From a virus (Duplodnaviria > Caudoviricetes): a stretch of 33,004 nucleotides of DNA. The stretch covers positions 1-33,004 of the IMG/VR virus record IMGVR_UViG_3300042997_000139; one strand, given 5' to 3'. Position 1 is the first letter of the stretch. Each line of letters starts with the position of its first letter. The notes beneath the pieces were generated by a model. It worked only from the letters and a program-made list of their open reading frames with translations, did no database searches and was not told where the DNA came from. Shown here piece by piece: positions 25,169-33,004 of this stretch. The translations under genes were made by a program, and so were the position numbers.

Positions 25169-25855
25169 TTATTTCTTCCTTCCCTCATTGTCACGCGAGC
25201 CGCGCGGGCTGATGCCAGCCGCGTTTGCGATGCCGGAGACACGACCGCCGCCGGAGAATGTCGATCCAGACCGTCCCGGCCCGCCGCCGTCGAACATGTC
25301 GCGCACGCCAGTGTATCCACCGAACAAGCCGCCCGATGCTGCCGCACCAGTGCCAGCGGACATGCCGCCCATGCCGTCACGCGAGCCGCCTTGCGTTGAA
25401 TAGGCCATCGGAGCAGAAGCCATCGGGGCCATAGGCTGCACAGACGGCCCGAAGCTGAGGGCGGGAGGCGCGCCTGTGATGGGATCAATATACATGCCGG
25501 TTATGGCATTGTACTGGCCGGGACGCCGGGCCTCCAACTCAGCCAAGGCCTGATCGTAAAGGCCGCCAGACGAGTAGCCTTGCACGCCGCCTGCGAAGGT
25601 TTGCGGCATCGGCATGCCTTCGGTGCCCATCGACAACTCACCGCCCGGCAGGCCAAATGCACCAGCCGCACTCGCAAGCCCTTGGTTTGCCGCGATTTCA
25701 ATCGGGGTCATCGCCGCTACGTCAGGGCCGTAGTAGGGTGTGTATCCTATTTCGCTGGTATATGCACCGCGAGCCAAGCTCTCTTTAGCTGCATCCTCCA
25801 GCCATGCCGGGATTTTGACCTCAGTGCTTTCTCTGCCGCCTTTTCCGCCGCTCAT
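25169..25855 (-). CDS. Internal virion protein
   Basis: MSGGKGG start and PYYGPDVAA motif. Confidence 0.72.
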   Translation of the reverse strand: MSGGKGGRESTEVKIPAWLEDAAKESLARGAYTSEIGYTPYYGPDVAAMTPIEIAANQGLASAAGAFGLPGGELSMGTEGMPMPQTFAGGVQGYSSGGLYDQALAELEARRPGQYNAITGMYIDPITGAPPALSFGPSVQPMAPMASAPMAYSTQGGSRDGMGGMSAGTGAAASGGLFGGYTGVRDMFDGGGPGRSGSTFSGGGRVSGIANAAGISPRGSRDNEGRKK

Positions 25856-26211
25856 TCAAAGTCCCTTTCCAACACCGTCATGACGGGTTTGTATCCGTGC
25901 TTCGCAAGAACCCGCTCCCATCCGCGTCGTCCGGCGATTGTCATTGATGTGCAGCCCTGTGTCTTTCCCCAAGCCACGGCGGAATCAATCATGTTGACGA
26001 TTGTTTCCATCTCACCACCGGCTAAAAAAACGTGCAGGACACTTTTCTTAGGATATAACACGATTTCGGTGACAGCGCACCCCTTTTCAGCAGGCCACAA
26101 CTGCATACGCCCCTCAAGGATGCCGTCTGCCACATCTTGGAAATCATGCGTCCCGCCGCTGTATTCCAGCGCGTCCTCGATCCACTTGCGGCAATACTCC
26201 AAGAGCGTCAT
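25852..26211 (-). CDS. GNAT-like protein in the virion operon
   Basis: VTEI...LHVFLAGG...GRRGWERVL pattern. Confidence 0.65.
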   Translation of the reverse strand: MTLLEYCRKWIEDALEYSGGTHDFQDVADGILEGRMQLWPAEKGCAVTEIVLYPKKSVLHVFLAGGEMETIVNMIDSAVAWGKTQGCTSMTIAGRRGWERVLAKHGYKPVMTVLERDFE

Positions 26212-26861
26212 GCCTGCACCCGACTGATGACCAGCGTCACCGACGGCGATGATGGCGCGTAGGCGGTCGCGGCGTGCGCCTTCAATATGCCGCTAGTGCT
26301 ATCCGTGGCCCACATCACATTCAGCACGTCATTGGCGTTGACGCTGAAAATTGCGGTCCGAGAAACCACGATGGTCGCGCCGTTGTTGTGCAGGCTGGCA
26401 ACAATCGTGCTGCCCGTCACATCCGTGCCGTTCAGCCTCGGCCAAAAGCGGAACTCCACTGTGCTGGACGTGGAACTCGCAATCTGCGCCGTGAAGGCCA
26501 GCTTGTACAAGCCACCCTCAACAAACGTGATTTCTGTCAGGGGCGATCCAGTAAGCGTGATGCCCTCGGTAATGATGTCATCCAAGGCAATCTTATAAGC
26601 CGTGTCAGCAGCCGCCGCCGTAATGTCAGCATCTTGGCCCAATACCGCATAGCCGTCGGCCAGCACGACCTGACGAAACACGCCGCCCTTTGAAACGACA
26701 GGATAACCGCCCGCCGCGTCCCACAGGATAATCCCGTCGGAGGCCGGGCTGGCGTCGCTCGATTTGAAGCTAAGATTGTCCCACGTCCGCGCAAGAAAGC
26801 GGCGGAGTTCCTCGCCCCAGCCACGCAAGTCCTGCCCGATGACCGGGATGCCAAACCTCAT
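26208..26861 (-). CDS. Tail-associated beta-sandwich protein
   Basis: GGLYKLAFTAQI...PSVTLVISRV; follows the nozzle gene. Confidence 0.7.
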   Translation of the reverse strand: MRFGIPVIGQDLRGWGEELRRFLARTWDNLSFKSSDASPASDGIILWDAAGGYPVVSKGGVFRQVVLADGYAVLGQDADITAAAADTAYKIALDDIITEGITLTGSPLTEITFVEGGLYKLAFTAQIASSTSSTVEFRFWPRLNGTDVTGSTIVASLHNNGATIVVSRTAIFSVNANDVLNVMWATDSTSGILKAHAATAYAPSSPSVTLVISRVQA

Positions 26862-28336
26862 CGGCGGCCTCCGGCCTCAACGTCAACTCTCGGGATGCCC
26901 CAGCGCCAATCAGCCAGCCGAGCGCCGACAACGCGCATCGTGACCTGACGCCCGCTAAACCGCACGCTGGTCGGTGCCGCCATTGAGTAGGGGCCATACG
27001 ACCGCTCAGTGTCATTCGGATAAAACCGGGTCTTGAATGTTGTAGTCACGTCGCCCTGCGTTTTCTCGTCAGGGATCAACTCTTTGGCCATCATAATCTC
27101 GTCGCCAGCGCCCATTTGCACAGGGCCGCTTTCGACGTAGACTTCGGCACCCTCATAGTTCCAGCCGCTTTCGTGCGCGTAGATCGGCCCGGTCGGCGCG
27201 ATCCAGATCGGGTTGCGGAAAACGCCAGCATCGACACCGCAAGTGCGAGCCAGCGTGCCAATTGCCCAATACCCTTCGGCGTAGTTGTAAGCGACATACC
27301 TGTCGTTTTCGTTCGATCCTGCCGACGGATAAAACCACCAGACTTCGTTTTGCAGGCCGTTCACAACGCAGGCAACTTTTGAAATCTGGGCTTCATTGAT
27401 GTTGCTAAAAACAAAGTCGGAAACTTCGCAAGCCAGTGGCTGCACACCGCCGCCGGTGAACGAATAGAACCCGTCGCGGCTCATCCAGAACACGCCAGCA
27501 TCGACGGCTGCCGCGCAGTTGCGTGAGGCTGCACCGCAAGACGACCCAACACGCTCAAAACCATAAACAAAGGGTGGGCCTTGGTATGTCGCTGTATGCG
27601 CGTCCACGTCGGTCAGGATCAGAGCCTGCCCGCGCGTGCGAAGTGCCAGCATGATCTGGCCGTTGGTCTGCAACTCCAGATCGCCAGCCTCGTTTGTCGT
27701 GCTGGGCGTCCAAACTGTGTTGTTTTCCCGATCCGACCACTGAACCTTGCGAGGATTACCGCCAGCGCCGAGGGCAAACAGGAAACGCTCCTCGGTGACA
27801 ATGATGCCGCTGTTCCCGGTCGGCGCGTTGGTCACCACGACGGCATCGTTTGCCGTGTTCAGCGTCCATTCGTAGATGTCGCCGTCAGCGTTTGAACATG
27901 CGACGAGATATTCGCCCCAGTTGTCCAGCGACCATGTCGTCGCCGGGATTAGGGAGCCGCCTTCTGGGCGCTGCGTGCCGTAAAAACTTTCGCCGTAAAA
28001 GCCGCCTCCGTAGCCGTAATTCTGGCTTGCACTGACAATGCCAGCCGTCAGCCCGGTCGGCGTAATGTCGGTCACGGTGTTTGTTGCGCTCATAACCTTC
28101 AGCGCGTTATGCGTGCCGAAAGCAAGCCATCTGTCGCCGTTGTTAGCCCGCCATGAGGTCGCCCCTCGAGCCACGCCCGTTGCCGTCGCCGTGCCACGCT
28201 GCGCCCAGCCGCCGACAGGCTGCAAGACGCCCTCTTTCCAGCGAACGAGCGAGCCGTCAAACCAGCGACCCGTGCTTTCTAGGGCAGTCCCCTTGCGAGA
28301 AATGCCCGGCGGGATTTGAAGCGGGACAAGCGGCAT
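26858..28336 (-). CDS. Tail nozzle/head-closure protein (P22 gp10/T7 gp12-like role)
   Basis: 492 aa propeller-like; RKVQWSDREN, VFWMS and EVWWFYPS motifs. Confidence 0.8.
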   Translation of the reverse strand: MPLVPLQIPPGISRKGTALESTGRWFDGSLVRWKEGVLQPVGGWAQRGTATATGVARGATSWRANNGDRWLAFGTHNALKVMSATNTVTDITPTGLTAGIVSASQNYGYGGGFYGESFYGTQRPEGGSLIPATTWSLDNWGEYLVACSNADGDIYEWTLNTANDAVVVTNAPTGNSGIIVTEERFLFALGAGGNPRKVQWSDRENNTVWTPSTTNEAGDLELQTNGQIMLALRTRGQALILTDVDAHTATYQGPPFVYGFERVGSSCGAASRNCAAAVDAGVFWMSRDGFYSFTGGGVQPLACEVSDFVFSNINEAQISKVACVVNGLQNEVWWFYPSAGSNENDRYVAYNYAEGYWAIGTLARTCGVDAGVFRNPIWIAPTGPIYAHESGWNYEGAEVYVESGPVQMGAGDEIMMAKELIPDEKTQGDVTTTFKTRFYPNDTERSYGPYSMAAPTSVRFSGRQVTMRVVGARLADWRWGIPRVDVEAGGRR

Positions 28337-28345
28337 GTGCGCTCC

Positions 28346-28798
28346 TTACGGCTTGACGGGCCAGTTCACGCTGTGCGGGAAGCCCTCTTGCGCCGTTATA
28401 TCACGAAGCGCCTGCCGATAGGTAGCCATCTCTTCGCTCATGGTCACGTCGGACAGAGCCATCCAATCTGTCTCGGCCAGCTTGCGGTCACGTTCCTTGC
28501 GGACGGATGCCGCCATTGATGCGTCACGATCTGCAATCTGTTCTGTGGTAAGTGCCACGACAGTCTTGGTCAGCATCCACTTGCCGTCTTTCAGCACAGG
28601 TACACTGCTATGCTCAAGGCGATGGGTCATCGGGTCGTATTCAGGAGCGGCATCATAGCCGACAGGAAACACCCCGAAGTCTGCCAGAACTCCGTCAGGA
28701 ATAACCTTTGGGAAGCTGGTGTTTGGGTTGTCACGGCGCAAGTCTCCGACCGTGTAAGGGTATTGGTCGATCTGGCCGTTGGTTACTTTGACGAACAT
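28346..28798 (-). CDS. Tail fibre assembly chaperone-like protein
   Basis: RDRKLAETDW...YRQALRDITAQEGFP...WPVKP. Confidence 0.88.
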   Translation of the reverse strand: MFVKVTNGQIDQYPYTVGDLRRDNPNTSFPKVIPDGVLADFGVFPVGYDAAPEYDPMTHRLEHSSVPVLKDGKWMLTKTVVALTTEQIADRDASMAASVRKERDRKLAETDWMALSDVTMSEEMATYRQALRDITAQEGFPHSVNWPVKP

Positions 28799-28819
28799 TG
28801 TAGGTCTCCGATCTGTTCG

Positions 28820-30403
28820 TTATGGTTGCGGGGCAAGAGTGTAGGTGACCACAACGTTAGGGCCAATAGACAAAATAAACATTTTTGTCCCGTCGTCACT
28901 GAAAGAAAGACCATTAATAATTGGCCCTTGGTTTCCAAGATAAAACTCTTGGCTGTATGATCCAGTGGAAGAAATGTCCCAAGGCGCACTCAAGTGATAC
29001 TCAAGCACTTCGTCGTCGTTTCCAAAGTTACGCGTAATGTACATGCGCTTGCCATCTGGACGGAAAAAAATGCCGGACGGTTGGCTTTCTACACCCTTCG
29101 ATTGCACAAATGTGAGCGTTCCTGTCCAAGCAGGACTCATGGAGTACTGATTTACGTCGTCACCGGCTTCCCCGCAGATGTACAGCGTAGCGCCGTCAGG
29201 CTTGACGAAGATACCAGTTGGGGTAATTTCTTGGGCGGAAATGCTGCGTGTAGCAGTCAAAGAGGCCGTAGAAATGTCCCAAGCGGTGCTTAACGAGTAG
29301 ATGTAAACAGCGTCTGATGTATTGCCGACGACAAGCATTACCGTTCCGTCAGGCTTGAAGAACAGGTTTCTGGGCGACGTGTCACCTATAACTTTTGCCC
29401 GCACAAACGTCGCTGTCGATGTGTCCCAAGCCGTGCTTAGACTGTATTCGTTGATGTCGTTCCCATCGTCCCCAGCAATGTACATTTTGGTCCCGTCAGG
29501 CTTAAAGAACAAGCCGTATGGGTTGCTGTCCTGAGCTGCGACACTAAAACCGCCAAGAGCAGATTGATACACCCTGTCGCCTTGCGCGTCTATGTTGTAA
29601 AAGTTAGCCCCGTCTGCACGGAAAAAAAGACCTTGCGGTGATGTGTTTTGCGATGGGATGCTAAGTACATAGGAAGCCGTAGAAACATCCCAAGCCGCGC
29701 TTAACGAGTACTCATAGTAATTGTTGTTAGTGTCCCCAGAAATATACATCTTAGTGCCGTCAGGCTTAAAGAACACAGAAGTAGGCACAGTGTCTTGGGC
29801 AGCAACACTAAAGTTCTGGACATAAGACGCCGTAGAGATGTTCCAAGCAGTGCTTAGATTGTATTCGTTAACGCTGTCGCTGCTGGAACCGACGACATAC
29901 ATTTTGGTTCCGTCGGGCTTAAAATAAAGGCCAGTAGGGGTCGTATCCTGTCCTGCTACGCTGAACACTTGCACATACGAAGCCGTAGAGATGTTCCAAG
30001 CAGTGCTTAAAGAGTACTCATTCACGTCATTCCCAGTGTCACCAAGAATGTACATTTTAGTACCATCAGGCTTGAAGAAAACACTTTGAGGCAGTATTTC
30101 CTGCGCGGCCACACTAAAGCTGCGGACAAATCCTACGTTGTTGTCCATTCTCCAAGGATTGCCTACACTATATTGATGCACAGCGTCACTGTTTGTGCCA
30201 ATAATATACATCTGAGTTCCGTCTGGCTTAAAAAATATCCCAGTCGGAAGCGTTTCTTTTCCAGATATTAAGAGACTTTCGGTGCCTTCCGCCGTAGACA
30301 AATCCCACGCTTTTGGGTCGTCGTAGTAGGCATACGACAAATCCCAAGCGCCATCAGCAAACGATATACCAGAAGAGGCCGATTGCAGTTTACGGTTAAG
30401 CAT
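28820..30403 (-). CDS. Beta-propeller repeat protein, putative receptor-binding protein
   Basis: Ten ~51-aa repeats (FFKPDGTKMY...YSLSTAWDISTA); ATG 30403; visibly more AT-rich than its flanks. Confidence 0.85.
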   Translation of the reverse strand: MLNRKLQSASSGISFADGAWDLSYAYYDDPKAWDLSTAEGTESLLISGKETLPTGIFFKPDGTQMYIIGTNSDAVHQYSVGNPWRMDNNVGFVRSFSVAAQEILPQSVFFKPDGTKMYILGDTGNDVNEYSLSTAWNISTASYVQVFSVAGQDTTPTGLYFKPDGTKMYVVGSSSDSVNEYNLSTAWNISTASYVQNFSVAAQDTVPTSVFFKPDGTKMYISGDTNNNYYEYSLSAAWDVSTASYVLSIPSQNTSPQGLFFRADGANFYNIDAQGDRVYQSALGGFSVAAQDSNPYGLFFKPDGTKMYIAGDDGNDINEYSLSTAWDTSTATFVRAKVIGDTSPRNLFFKPDGTVMLVVGNTSDAVYIYSLSTAWDISTASLTATRSISAQEITPTGIFVKPDGATLYICGEAGDDVNQYSMSPAWTGTLTFVQSKGVESQPSGIFFRPDGKRMYITRNFGNDDEVLEYHLSAPWDISSTGSYSQEFYLGNQGPIINGLSFSDDGTKMFILSIGPNVVVTYTLAPQP

Positions 30404-30954
30404 TATGCGTCTCCTACGCGAGCGCCGTAAACCTGAGTGCTGACCTTCCAAAGCACGATGACCGTGTAGCCCGTCGTGTTCAGGGTTGGCGCAACGCCGC
30501 CGTCAGTTTTCCACACAACGCCAGAGCCTCCGAAAGTCGCGTCCGTCCACGTCAGCGTGTAGGCCGTGCCGTCGTCAACCATCAGCGTAACAGCCTCGCC
30601 AGCCGCCATATTGGTGGCTTTCGGAGTGCGGCTCGCGCCCAGCGTGATAAGCTGGATGGAGCCATTGCCGGGGTCGATCTCAAAGGCCGCTCCGTCCGTG
30701 ATCGTGAAGATGTCTTCGAGGATCGTGCCAGTGATGGCCGGATCGGTCAGCGTCGGAGTTGTAATTGCTGGGCTGGTCAGCGTCTTGTTGGTCAGGGTCT
30801 GCGTGCCGGTCAGCGTGACAGCCGCATCGCTCAAAGCCTTCAGGTCCGTATCAAGATCGGTCCAGTTTTGGTTGAGTTTGGTGCCCCAAGTGTCCTCGGA
30901 TGCGCCCACCTCGGGCAGCACAAAGGCATAGTTCGTCGTTGTTGAGTCCGCCAT
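30403..30954 (-). CDS. Proximal tail fibre protein
   Basis: PEVGASEDTWGTKLN anchor and TQTLTNKTLTSP motif; ATG 30954. Confidence 0.8.
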   Translation of the reverse strand: MADSTTTNYAFVLPEVGASEDTWGTKLNQNWTDLDTDLKALSDAAVTLTGTQTLTNKTLTSPAITTPTLTDPAITGTILEDIFTITDGAAFEIDPGNGSIQLITLGASRTPKATNMAAGEAVTLMVDDGTAYTLTWTDATFGGSGVVWKTDGGVAPTLNTTGYTVIVLWKVSTQVYGARVGDA

Positions 30955-30965
30955 ATTCTCCGCCC

Positions 30966-31625
30966 TTATGCCGCTTCTGTCCAAGTTTCCGCCGTGTCGG
31001 AGACAGGCGTCCAAGCCTCATTCGTATCAGATTGCGGCGTCCATGTCTCTGCCGTATCCTGACCGGGTTCCCACTTCTTGATGAAGGATGCCGACACTAT
31101 ACACGAAATTGCAGAAAGCGCACTACCCAAGCGCACGCGCTGCAAAGACGCTTCAACGGAAACAGCACACTCCGATGTGACCGACACATTTACCAGCGCC
31201 ACCGTCGAGACGGACGTGGTCAAAGCCGCAGAAACAGCCGCCGAAACATTGCGCGCCCGGTAGGCATCAAGCGAAACCGTGGTGGCCGCCGAGATCGGCG
31301 CATCAACCTCACGCAGCCGTTGTGCATCCGCAGAAACGGATGCTGCACACGCAGCAGAGGCGGAGGCATCCCGCACGCGATCCGCATCAGCAGATACTGA
31401 TGAGGTGACGGAAGCAGTCGCGCTGGCATCACGCGCACGCTGCGCCGAAACCGTTGTCGTAGATGTGATAGTGATGGTTGCGGATGCGTCCAGACGCTTG
31501 CCCGCCAGCACAGAAACGGCAACAGCGACCGAAGTCGCTGCCGAGGCGTCTTTCACCTCGCCGTCAAGCCCATACGCCTTTACGCCGTATGCGCCTGTAC
31601 CAAATCCTGTACGGTAGGCCGCCAC
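30966..31625 (-). CDS. Ala/Ser/Thr-rich repetitive virion protein
   Basis: ~21-aa quasi-repeats; C-terminal (T/A)WT motifs. Confidence 0.75.
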   Translation of the reverse strand: MAAYRTGFGTGAYGVKAYGLDGEVKDASAATSVAVAVSVLAGKRLDASATITITSTTTVSAQRARDASATASVTSSVSADADRVRDASASAACAASVSADAQRLREVDAPISAATTVSLDAYRARNVSAAVSAALTTSVSTVALVNVSVTSECAVSVEASLQRVRLGSALSAISCIVSASFIKKWEPGQDTAETWTPQSDTNEAWTPVSDTAETWTEAA

Positions 31626-31635
31626 CTACTCAGCC

Positions 31636-32022
31636 TCAGTCGAGGTTGATGTCAAGATCGCCTGTCGGCACACGCAGAACGTCCCCGGTGTCAATCACCT
31701 TCGAGGCGGTCAGCGAGGCGTAGGCGATCATGTTGCCCGAGGTTGAAGCGTCGAACACCGCTGCGTGCGTGATCGTGCCCCAGCTTCCCGTTGCAGTCGG
31801 GAATTCGATGGCTGCATCGTTTGAAGCGTTGTTGCCGCTCACGGTGAACGTGACGGCCTCGCGGGTGTAGCCGTTGCCGGACACCTCGGTGCCGCCGCCG
31901 CTTTCACCCGGTGCAGCGGTGAACAGGCCAAGATACCAAGCACTCGGACGTGCCGGAGACGGCGAGGATGCCGTCAGGAGCCACGTCAGGACGCTGGTTT
32001 CGAAATCGTTTGTCAGTGACAT
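31636..32022 (-). CDS. Virion structural protein
   Basis: LGLFTAAP...EVSGNGYTR...FPTATGSWGTITH motif. Confidence 0.8.
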   Translation of the reverse strand: MSLTNDFETSVLTWLLTASSPSPARPSAWYLGLFTAAPGESGGGTEVSGNGYTREAVTFTVSGNNASNDAAIEFPTATGSWGTITHAAVFDASTSGNMIAYASLTASKVIDTGDVLRVPTGDLDINLD

Positions 32023-32642
32023 CAGAAGCTCCTGATTTTCATACGCAGGCCGGTTCCGCTGTGCCGCGCGTCGTTGGAAGAGTCGTTCAGGCTATCAATC
32101 GCGGATTGATACAGGGCTGCCCAGATTTGAATGCGGGCGTCGTCCTTCAGGTATGGTGCCGAGTGGATCAGCGCCCCGTAGAGGTAGGCATCCGGCGCGT
32201 TGGTCAAGAGCCAGTTGGTCGTGGCCGAGTCCGACAGCGCAGGTATCTTGCCGAAGTATAGCAGTTCGCCCGTATAAAGGCCATCCGGCACTGGGTACAG
32301 TTCAAACTGCGCCCCGGTCATCGCGTAGTAATACGGGCGGCCAGTGACGTTGCTGTCGGCCTGCTTGCGGTCGATCATCTCAGCTTGGCTGATGAGTTCG
32401 AGCCGCGAGGTTTCGCCGGTGGTCAGGTAGAAGCGGATTGTCTCCACCCAATCAGCCGGGATGGCGCTGAATTGCGTGTCAAGCTGGGCGGTCGCGCGCT
32501 GCTCCATACGCCAGTGACGCAGCTTGCGCTGCATGTCAGCCTCGGCCAGCGTGATAAACGTGGGAATGACAGACGTGAGATCGTCGCGGTTCAGAAAGTC
32601 CGCGACGGCTGTCTTTAGCGTGGCATAGGTCGTGATGGTCAT
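32022..32642 (-). CDS. Head-tail adaptor protein
   Basis: TYATLKTAVADFLNRDDLT...TNWLLTNAPDAYLYGAL. Confidence 0.85.
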   Translation of the reverse strand: MTITTYATLKTAVADFLNRDDLTSVIPTFITLAEADMQRKLRHWRMEQRATAQLDTQFSAIPADWVETIRFYLTTGETSRLELISQAEMIDRKQADSNVTGRPYYYAMTGAQFELYPVPDGLYTGELLYFGKIPALSDSATTNWLLTNAPDAYLYGALIHSAPYLKDDARIQIWAALYQSAIDSLNDSSNDARHSGTGLRMKIRSF

Positions 32643-32941
32643 TTCTTCTTCGCCTCGTTGCGGGCCGAAATGGCCTTGGCTTTTGCCTTAGCGTCTGCCT
32701 TGCTGCTTGCGCCCCATGCGTTCAGTGATAGCAGAAGTCGCGTGGGTTTTCCATCCTCGTCACGCTCGGGGCCGGGCATACCGCCCATCCGAGCCAAGAA
32801 GGACGCCCGGCGCGGGTTGTCGCCCGCCTTTACCGGGGCCTTCAGGTTCATTCCCTCGGCCTTGGCAGACGCGCGGCCTTTGGCGTTTAAGCCGCCGCTG
32901 GGTGACTTGCCTTCCTTACGCTGCCAAGCCGGGGTCTTCAT
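32639..32941 (-). CDS. Basic protein, DUF6321-like, 100 aa
   Basis: WQRKEGKSPSGGLNAKGRAS...RRASFLARMGG; its start is also present at 79 in the left repeat. Confidence 0.85.
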   Translation of the reverse strand: MKTPAWQRKEGKSPSGGLNAKGRASAKAEGMNLKAPVKAGDNPRRASFLARMGGMPGPERDEDGKPTRLLLSLNAWGASSKADAKAKAKAISARNEAKKK

Positions 32942-33004
32942 TTCTTCTTGGCCGTCTTTGCTGATGCCTTGAATGCAGCCGCAGTCGGAGCGCCCTTGGT
33001 GCCG
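32863..33004. repeat. Terminal direct repeat, right copy
   Basis: Matches 1-142 with one mismatch. Confidence 0.97.

Noticed and set aside
28820-30403. Diversity-generating retroelement
   Set aside because: No reverse transcriptase, and no TR/VR pair with adenine-specific differences; the repeats are in-frame protein repeats.
13537-30795. Other TGTTGGTC-like matches to the small RNA (about 13539, 17330, 30786)
   Set aside because: Isolated 8-10-nt hits inside coding regions from Thr-Asn codons, with no second box or RBS. They show that single matches arise by chance; only the clustered leader sites were kept.

Overview
The window is a complete, circularly permuted genome of a short-tailed (podovirus-type) dsDNA phage. 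Its unit length is about 32,862 bp, and positions 1-142 are repeated at 32863-33004 with one mismatch. High GC and promoter style suggest an alphaproteobacterial host (inference only). Nearly all genes are on the minus strand. The replication operon runs Cro-like HTH, DUF6378-like, RuvC-like, RecE/ExoVIII-like, SSB, HNH, primase-helicase, then an iteron-rich putative origin. The late region runs TerS, TerL, four tiny basic proteins, adaptor, tail genes, ejection proteins (including a GH73 hydrolase), portal, scaffold, capsid, a membrane-protein-rich lysis cassette with a secreted SNase and GH19 endolysin, and an HTH-metallophosphoesterase. A divergent plus-strand cluster of small early genes lies at 8862-11454. 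I found no integrase, CI-type repressor, DNA polymerase, tRNA or CRISPR array. The most interesting signal is a candidate RNA-based replication switch. An ~85-nt three-way-junction RNA with its own promoter (11468-11553, +) carries segments complementary to three sites in the primase-helicase leader 6 kb away (5428-5587). That leader contains a hairpin and a relay of two overlapping mini-ORFs coupled to the primase start. This recalls P1 c4/icd-ant and P4 CI/kil control, but here the RNA is unlinked and appears to target the replication gene.
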